Shown piece by piece: positions 58,631 through 64,000 of a stretch of 64,000 nucleotides of DNA (the first letter of the stretch is position 1; every line of letters starts with the position of its first letter). The stretch comes from a virus. Its lineage: Duplodnaviria; Heunggongvirae; Uroviricota; Caudoviricetes. Location: the IMG/VR virus record IMGVR_UViG_3300012324_000010; one strand, given 5' to 3'. The notes under the pieces were generated by a model. It was not told where the DNA came from. It ran no database searches and worked only from the letters and a program-made list of their open reading frames with translations. The position numbers and the translations under genes were made by a program.

Positions 58631-59185
58631 ATGTCTTATATTACAAAGATTATTGAAACATTAGGTGGATGGAAACAAGCATGGTCATTGGTAAAACCAT
58701 CTACCTCTACTACTGTTATGGCTATTGTGCTTTTCATCTTGGTGATATTTTTCCCGGAAAATCAGTGGCAATCACAAGAAGATAAAGATGAAGCATCCCA
58801 TCCACTATTTACTCAAACCCAGCAAGTAGAAGAAACTGAGACCTCTTCTACACCTCAGGAAACTACCACCACTCAGGTAGAAGATGACACTAACAATGAA
58901 GAAACTGATGATACTTCTGTGCAAGACACCCCACCTACCAGTGAGGTAGAAAATGATGATTCCTATAATGATCAAGGAAGCAATGAATCTTATGCTCCAC
59001 AACCATCACAGCAAGAATCAGTACACAATGATCCTAATGGCACACAGGGTGTAGATGATACAACAGATGGATATAGTGGTTATAACAATAGACAAAATAT
59101 ACCTTCTCAAAATCAAGAACCTACACCTGAAGAAGATGCACCTGCACAAAACTATAATGGAGAAGAAAACAATAATCAGCAATAA
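58631..59185 (+). CDS. membrane-anchored acidic Q/T/E/D-rich protein
   Basis: SD AGGAGG; one TM then low-complexity tail. Confidence 0.55.
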   Translation: MSYITKIIETLGGWKQAWSLVKPSTSTTVMAIVLFILVIFFPENQWQSQEDKDEASHPLFTQTQQVEETETSSTPQETTTTQVEDDTNNEETDDTSVQDTPPTSEVENDDSYNDQGSNESYAPQPSQQESVHNDPNGTQGVDDTTDGYSGYNNRQNIPSQNQEPTPEEDAPAQNYNGEENNNQQ

Positions 59186-59187
59186 AT

Positions 59188-59206
59188 AGTTTTGTGTCCC
59201 TTCTAT
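59188..59206 (+). repeat. polar intergenic motif AGTTTTGTGTCCCTTCTAT (copy 15)
   Basis: same family. Confidence 0.75.
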
Positions 59207-59210
59207 GCAT

Positions 59211-59264
59211 AAACAAACTCCTCTTTAACTTTTAGAAGTTATCAAGAGGAGTTTGTTGCTTTTG
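59211..59264 (+). terminator. intrinsic terminator
   Basis: aaacaaactcctcttt...aagaggagtttgtt. Confidence 0.7.
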
Positions 59265-59340
59265 GGGTGAAAACACCACTTTGCTATGATTTTTATCAAC
59301 AACAAAACTTTTTCAAACCACATACAAGGAAATATCTACC

Positions 59341-60264
59341 ATGACAGAAAACAAAGAAGTAATCTCTTCTCCTGATAGTAAAAACTGTTCTGATATCTAT
59401 CCAGCTAGCTCTAATGAGGTAATCAACAATCTCATTATGCGCAATGATAATCAAGAAATATCCTTCTTTCCTACTACCTTTCAAGGTCTTTCCTACATTG
59501 ATGATCTGGTAAGAAACTATAAAAGAAATGGCATTTCTTTTAAAAACAAAACATCAAGAAAAATATCTATTGCTACTTTCAAAGTTGCACGTGTTATAGC
59601 TAGTTTAATAGCTCTTGTTCTTTTTGTGGCCATAGTTGTTTGTGCAGAGCTATTATTTTTCCATCATTTCTCCTACAGTGCTACTAGGCTGGGAGAGTTT
59701 ATTATAGGTCTTAGCATTGGATCTTTAATAATTTATCTTGCCATGAAATCAATGGGAAAAATCAATGATGTAGAAATGAAGATAGAAAACAATATCACTG
59801 GAGACAAAAAGCTCTTTTCTGCTAAAGAGGAAAAGACACTGGATTCTATTGAGGTCATTGATCTCAATGCAACTATCAATAATGATACAGAAGAGATACA
59901 TCATTATTTTCTTAACTCTGTTAAAGATATTTTTGTCTTAAACAAAGACACTTTGCAACATATTGATCTTTTCCCTGTTGCACAGCAATATGATAAATAC
60001 ATGTCCCTTTATAGTTTCTTGATTGCTAACCAACATTCCATCTCACAAGATTTGTCAGAAAAATACATAAGACAGCTAGAAGCTACAGCAAAAAAGTTTA
60101 ATCTAGAAGTGCAAGATGTCTTAGATTTATCACAAAAGTATGACAAAGACATTGAAAAATCACAACTAGAACAAAAACAACTGAAACAAAAAATGATTGA
60201 TGAAGATGCTTTGAGGGCTGTACCTGTAGAAGAAGATGGTCTTTTTGGATTGATGGAAAAGTAA
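59341..60264 (+). CDS. membrane protein, tandem paralog 1
   Basis: 307 aa; shares YD(K/R)YMSLY.FL.AN and C-terminal KQKM(I/L)D(E/D)DALRA.P...DGLF with next gene. Confidence 0.6.
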   Translation: MTENKEVISSPDSKNCSDIYPASSNEVINNLIMRNDNQEISFFPTTFQGLSYIDDLVRNYKRNGISFKNKTSRKISIATFKVARVIASLIALVLFVAIVVCAELLFFHHFSYSATRLGEFIIGLSIGSLIIYLAMKSMGKINDVEMKIENNITGDKKLFSAKEEKTLDSIEVIDLNATINNDTEEIHHYFLNSVKDIFVLNKDTLQHIDLFPVAQQYDKYMSLYSFLIANQHSISQDLSEKYIRQLEATAKKFNLEVQDVLDLSQKYDKDIEKSQLEQKQLKQKMIDEDALRAVPVEEDGLFGLMEK

Positions 60265-60265
60265 A

Positions 60266-61183
60266 ATGTTAGGAAGAGAAAAAATGGCACTAGAAACAAC
60301 ACAAGTTAATGACACCCCCACTATAGAAAACTGTGATGCTTTAATAGATTATTCTGATGATAGATTTGTCTTTCAATGGTTTTTCAACAGGGAAAAAGAA
60401 AACCCTACTATATATCCCCAAGAGCTGAAGGATGTCATATTCATCAATAATATATCTCACAGAAGGGAAAAAGTAGAGAAGCAGTATGGATTGTTCTCTG
60501 AGATTGAAGAAATAGAAAAATCTTTTCTATTGTGTAAAGCAGTTTTATCAATAGTACTTACTCTAACAATGTTTTTGTTACTTGTTATTGCATCTCATAT
60601 TTTTATTCCAGAAGATTTTCCTCTATGGCACTGGTTAGTAGAGCACAACCTTTCTGTTGGCTTACCTTTTCTTATCTCCTTGTCTACTACTTTTCTTCTT
60701 CCTATTAAACAGTGGTCTGAACACATTGATAAAAGCATTTTAATGCAATCTGGAGGGAAGGAAATGAGAAGGATAAAAAATATCACCTTGGTGGATTTTT
60801 CTTTCACTATAAATCAAGAAGTAGATAGTATCAATCAACAGTTTTTGAGAACAATGAAAGAACTTCTATCTCTGGAAAATAATGCACTATCTCACTCAGG
60901 ATGGGAATGTCTTTTCCCTTATTATGATAGGTATATGTCTTTGTATATCTTCTTATCAGCAAACAGAAATGCTATATCCTCTTCCCTTATGGATGAATAT
61001 AGTAGGAAGTTAAATATCAGTTATAAAGAGTTTTATCAGGCTGCACAAGATGTCATTGTCAATGGAAGAAAATATCAAAAAGATATTGATGCAGAAAAAG
61101 ATAATGCAAGACAGATTAAGCAAAAGATGCTAGATGATGATGCATTGAGAGCTATTCCATTAGATAAAGATGGTCTTTTTTAA
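60266..61183 (+). CDS. membrane protein, tandem paralog 2
   Basis: Start 2 nt after the preceding stop; paralogous to 59341..60264. Confidence 0.6.
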   Translation: MLGREKMALETTQVNDTPTIENCDALIDYSDDRFVFQWFFNREKENPTIYPQELKDVIFINNISHRREKVEKQYGLFSEIEEIEKSFLLCKAVLSIVLTLTMFLLLVIASHIFIPEDFPLWHWLVEHNLSVGLPFLISLSTTFLLPIKQWSEHIDKSILMQSGGKEMRRIKNITLVDFSFTINQEVDSINQQFLRTMKELLSLENNALSHSGWECLFPYYDRYMSLYIFLSANRNAISSSLMDEYSRKLNISYKEFYQAAQDVIVNGRKYQKDIDAEKDNARQIKQKMLDDDALRAIPLDKDGLF

Positions 61184-61202
61184 AAGATGTCTTTCCTCTT
61201 GT

Positions 61203-61222
61203 GGTTTTATGTCCCTTTTTTG
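61203..61222 (+). repeat. polar intergenic motif GGTTTTATGTCCCTTTTTTG (copy 16)
   Basis: same family. Confidence 0.75.
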
Positions 61223-61227
61223 AACTT

Positions 61228-61281
61228 AAAAGAAAATCCTTTCTTCCCTCAAGTACTTAAAGGAAGAAAGGATTTTTTCTT
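61228..61281 (+). terminator. bidirectional intrinsic terminator
   Basis: aaaatcctttcttcc...ggaagaaaggatttttt. Confidence 0.75.
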
Positions 61282-61600
61282 ATGCTATTGCTTCAGGAGT
61301 ACCATCCTGGTTCAAAGTGATAACCAAACGCTTCTTATTGAGCATCTTGTACTGGAATTTTACCCTGTAGCTACTTAGTGGCATTTTCATAATGTCATAG
61401 TTTCCAGCAAGATCCTGAGCTGGGGTGTTATTAGCATCCTTCTTCTTGATGCAGTACCAACGGATTCCCTGGTTATCCACTGCATAGATATGGCCACGCC
61501 CATTAGGTGCATTGTTATTAACTGCTTGAAAAATGTTGAGGTATTTCTTACCACTCTTGCTTAGCTGAATGGTTCCCAGTTCAATGTCATTGTTGTTCAT
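61280..61600 (-). CDS. hypothetical protein
   Basis: Start trimmed to MNNNDIELG (SD AAAGGAAAAA). Confidence 0.5.
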   Translation of the reverse strand: MNNNDIELGTIQLSKSGKKYLNIFQAVNNNAPNGRGHIYAVDNQGIRWYCIKKKDANNTPAQDLAGNYDIMKMPLSSYRVKFQYKMLNKKRLVITLNQDGTPEAIA

Positions 61601-61883
61601 GATGTTTTTCCTTTGATGGTGTGGTGTTTTCCTTTGAACACTTATTACTTTAGTGGGTAGACAAGAAGTGGTCAAGTTATCTAAAGGTAAAACACCCCTT
61701 AATGGGTGTAGATGAATAAAAAGAGTATCATGTCATAGGCTTCAACTTGCGCCCCTTTTACTTCACCCCCCTATTAGGGGGTATTTCACACCCCCTCCAC
61801 TTGACCTCCTGCCAACAACCCTATAAAGTAATAAGTGTTCAAGAGGAAAACAACAAATACATCTTCTCAGAAAGGAAAAAACA

Positions 61884-62309
61884 ATGTACACCACTTTGGA
61901 TAATAAGGAAGAATTTTGCCTGGCAGTAAGCAATGTCATGAGATGCAAGCTTGAAGATTATATGCGCATCAAGCTCACTAAGAAAGATATGTCTATTCTT
62001 TTCAGTGAAGCAAATAGTGTGTCTTTTCCAGAAAATTTCCCTCCTGTGACATCTACTAAAAATGTCATTGATGATGTTTTGTGGACGTGCCAGGATGTTG
62101 TGAGCTGGATCTCTTCTGATATCTTAGAGCACAACTGCTACAACAATGATTATGAGCTTTTGCAGGCTAAGGAAGATGAATCTCCTCTAGAAACTGTTAT
62201 CAGGTCTATGTCTGCTGCTGTGGTAGAAGATATCTCTTCTGCTTTGCAAAAAGAGATCGAAGCTAAAACTGGACGCAATCCACTTAAAGATCCTTGGGTC
62301 TTGAAGTAG
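61884..62309 (+). CDS. acidic hypothetical protein (paralog of 22031..22414)
   Basis: 141 aa; shared C-terminal block. Confidence 0.55.
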   Translation: MYTTLDNKEEFCLAVSNVMRCKLEDYMRIKLTKKDMSILFSEANSVSFPENFPPVTSTKNVIDDVLWTCQDVVSWISSDILEHNCYNNDYELLQAKEDESPLETVIRSMSAAVVEDISSALQKEIEAKTGRNPLKDPWVLK

Positions 62310-62318
62310 AAAAACATA

Positions 62319-62365
62319 AAAACACCCTAGAAAGATGTGTTTCTTCTAGGGTGTTTTTCTTTTTA
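62319..62365 (+). terminator. bidirectional intrinsic terminator
   Basis: aaaaacaccctagaa...ttctagggtgttttt. Confidence 0.8.
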
Positions 62366-62659
62366 CAAGACAACCATGCTGTTAGATAAAGCTACCTCTT
62401 CTTGTGTGATATCAGTGAACTCCAACCCACAATGATGCAATATCTTATCCAATCCAGCACTTTCCTTAATGTATAAGCTGTAGCTGCTGTTTTCATCTAA
62501 AGCAAAACAATACCCATAATCATCCCAGCACTGTTGTGCATCTTTTCCTTTGCATAGTTGCATAGCATGTCCATAGGAAATATTATCTCCCAAACCTTGA
62601 ATAATATAGATAGTTTTGTTATTGATAGTTTCTTCTTCCACAGGGAAGATGTCTTGCAT
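62363..62659 (-). CDS. hypothetical protein
   Basis: Start trimmed to MQDIFPV (SD GAAGGAAAG). Confidence 0.5.
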   Translation of the reverse strand: MQDIFPVEEETINNKTIYIIQGLGDNISYGHAMQLCKGKDAQQCWDDYGYCFALDENSSYSLYIKESAGLDKILHHCGLEFTDITQEEVALSNSMVVL

Positions 62660-62777
62660 CACAGTTTTCTTTCCTTCTTGAAAAATCAATCTTTTATGTG
62701 GTGTGTTTTTTAACACCTAGATATTTTAGCATAGATAGACACCTAGGTGTTAAAAACCACTACAGAAGAAGCATTCA

Positions 62778-63284
62778 TTATGCAGCATCAAGAGTCCAAA
62801 CTACTTCACCTGAAGAAGTAGTCATCTTTCCCTGCACAAAATCATTTCGCCACATTTCACCACCTTCTGCTTGCCACTCAATAAAGGATCCAGGCTTGAC
62901 ATAAGGTGCTAGAGCTTTCAAAAACACCTCTTCATCTCCACCATGATCACTTTCAAAAGAAAGAATATGAACATTTCCTTCTAGATCTTTTTCTACTGAA
63001 AAGTTCAACAGCTCTAGGATTTCTTCTACTGCTTCACATACCTCATCATAGTTCCATGGCATGTTGATAAAACGCACAGAAGGATCTTCTGCTAGAGAAG
63101 TGGAGTTTTCTGGCTTGATAAGTTTTTTGCTGGAAAAGATGCATCCACTTTTGAGATCATCTTTGGTGTTAAGATTGCATAATGCTTGGAAAGCTTCCTG
63201 AGTGTTTTCTGCAGGAATGGTCAAATCAACATCCATGGTTTTTAGTGCAATATCACAATCCATGAGATTTAGCTTGTTGTACAT
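62778..63284 (-). CDS. acidic hypothetical protein; poly-G(9) tract in its 5' leader
   Basis: 168 aa, SD AAAGGAGAG; G9 run at 63309-63317 just upstream. Confidence 0.6.
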   Translation of the reverse strand: MYNKLNLMDCDIALKTMDVDLTIPAENTQEAFQALCNLNTKDDLKSGCIFSSKKLIKPENSTSLAEDPSVRFINMPWNYDEVCEAVEEILELLNFSVEKDLEGNVHILSFESDHGGDEEVFLKALAPYVKPGSFIEWQAEGGEMWRNDFVQGKMTTSSGEVVWTLDAA

Positions 63285-63485
63285 GATAGTTTTTCTCTCC
63301 TTTATGATGGGGGGGGGTAAAAAAAGATATGTTCTTGTTTGGTTTCTATTGTACTTTATCTTTGGAAGTATGTCTAGAAAAATATGAAAAAATGCATTCT
63401 CAACTGGAAAAACATAAAAACTTGAATAAAAATTTGCTTTCTTTTTTAGATGGTGCTAAACTAGATTCTTGTCAAGGCAAACAAA

Positions 63486-63558
63486 GCCCCTATAGCTCAG
63501 TTGGTAGAGCAACGGACTCTTAATCCGTGGGTCGCAGGTTCGATCCCTGCTGGGGGCA
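63486..63558 (+). tRNA. tRNA-Lys (anticodon CTT)
   Basis: gcccctatagctcagttggtagagcaacggactcttaatccgtgggtcgcaggttcgatccctgctgggggca; anticodon loop CTCTTAA. Confidence 0.85.
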
Positions 63559-63708
63559 CATAGAGTCTTTACCCGTGGAAGGCTCTGAAAAACAAGGCAC
63601 TAGTGATTTGGGATTTATTTCCACCACCTCTTGTTGCTCACACGGAAAACAAAATAATGTACCCCCTCCCCAACTCCTGTGTGTTCTTGCGTGGAAGGGT
63701 GCATTTTA

Positions 63709-63782
63709 GCCCTGGTAGCTCAGCAGGATAGAGCAACCGTCTCCTAAACGGTAGGTCGAAGGTTCAAATCCTTTTCAGGGCG
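63709..63782 (+). tRNA. tRNA-Arg (anticodon CCT)
   Basis: gccctggtagctcagcaggatagagcaaccgtctcctaaacggtaggtcgaaggttcaaatccttttcagggcg; anticodon loop CTCCTAA. Confidence 0.85.
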
Positions 63783-63887
63783 CAGTTCCTATCTATCCCC
63801 ACAGAAACTTCTTATCTCTATTATTGTAAAAGAGAAGAAACTTCACAGGGGGTAAAGCTAATATTTGTTTTTGAAAAAGGAATCATC

Positions 63888-64000
63888 ATGCAAGAAACTA
63901 GAGTGTACGGTAGAAACACAAGAGTTAATACCATCAGTGCTGAAGAAGCCAAGGATTTTTGCATCAAGTATCACCGGCAAGGATTCCCATCTAGAGCTAC
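63888..64000 (+). CDS. hypothetical protein, 3'-partial at window edge
   Basis: ATG at 63888 (MQETRVYGRNTRVNTISAEEAKDFCIKYHRQGFPS...) open to end of window. Confidence 0.35.
   Translation, partial: MQETRVYGRNTRVNTISAEEAKDFCIKYHRQGFPSRA

Noticed and set aside
1-64000. CRISPR array or cas genes
   Set aside because: No run of regularly spaced direct repeats was seen. The only repeated motif is the dispersed polar 14-mer, which is not arrayed.

Overview
This is a 64-kb AT-rich window (about 38-40% GC) apart from the first ~1.7 kb, which is GC-rich (~55-60%). It is densely coded on both strands and has bacterial-type Shine-Dalgarno sites and many hairpin plus T-run intrinsic terminators. Most proteins are lineage-specific, strongly acidic (D/E-rich) hypotheticals. 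Recognisable genes fall into three groups.

Cell-envelope genes: five secreted S1/trypsin-like serine proteases (three in tandem), a sortase, an OatA/OafA-type acyltransferase with an SGNH domain, a flotillin/SPFH protein, an MscS channel, lipoproteins and a large beta-helix surface protein.

DNA-metabolism genes: a DnaN-like sliding clamp, a GHKL-ATPase protein, an SNF2-family helicase, a multi-zinc-ribbon protein with a Vsr-like nuclease domain, and an NT5C-type deoxyribonucleotidase.

Mobile or phage-associated genes: a complete IS200/IS605-family element carrying only tnpB (IS1341-like) with recognisable LE/RE hairpins, a DUF2786 protein, and a convergent pair of Ltp-like lipoproteins.

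Seven dispersed single tRNA genes are present: Arg-CCT twice, Arg-TCT, Thr-TGT, Asp-GTC, Asn-GTT and Lys-CTT. No rRNA or CRISPR array was seen.

The most striking unexplained signal is a 14-18 nt motif, (T)TTTGTGTCCCTTTT with ATGTCCC/CATGTCCC variants. It occurs at least 16 times in intergenic DNA, always on the + strand whatever the orientation of flanking genes. Other candidates are a conserved C-terminal tail (VGPxV[NK]TGGxV..SF[LF]xK[VI]) shared by two tandem proteases and the beta-helix surface protein near the sortase gene, and a 1.8-kb non-coding region carrying DnaA-box-like sequences, operator-like palindromes and an iteron-like direct repeat.

The source cannot be settled from sequence alone. 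It is either a chromosome of a small-genome, sortase-bearing (Gram-positive-type) lineage or a very large mobile element or jumbo phage. The mixture of envelope genes and phage-type genes fits either reading.
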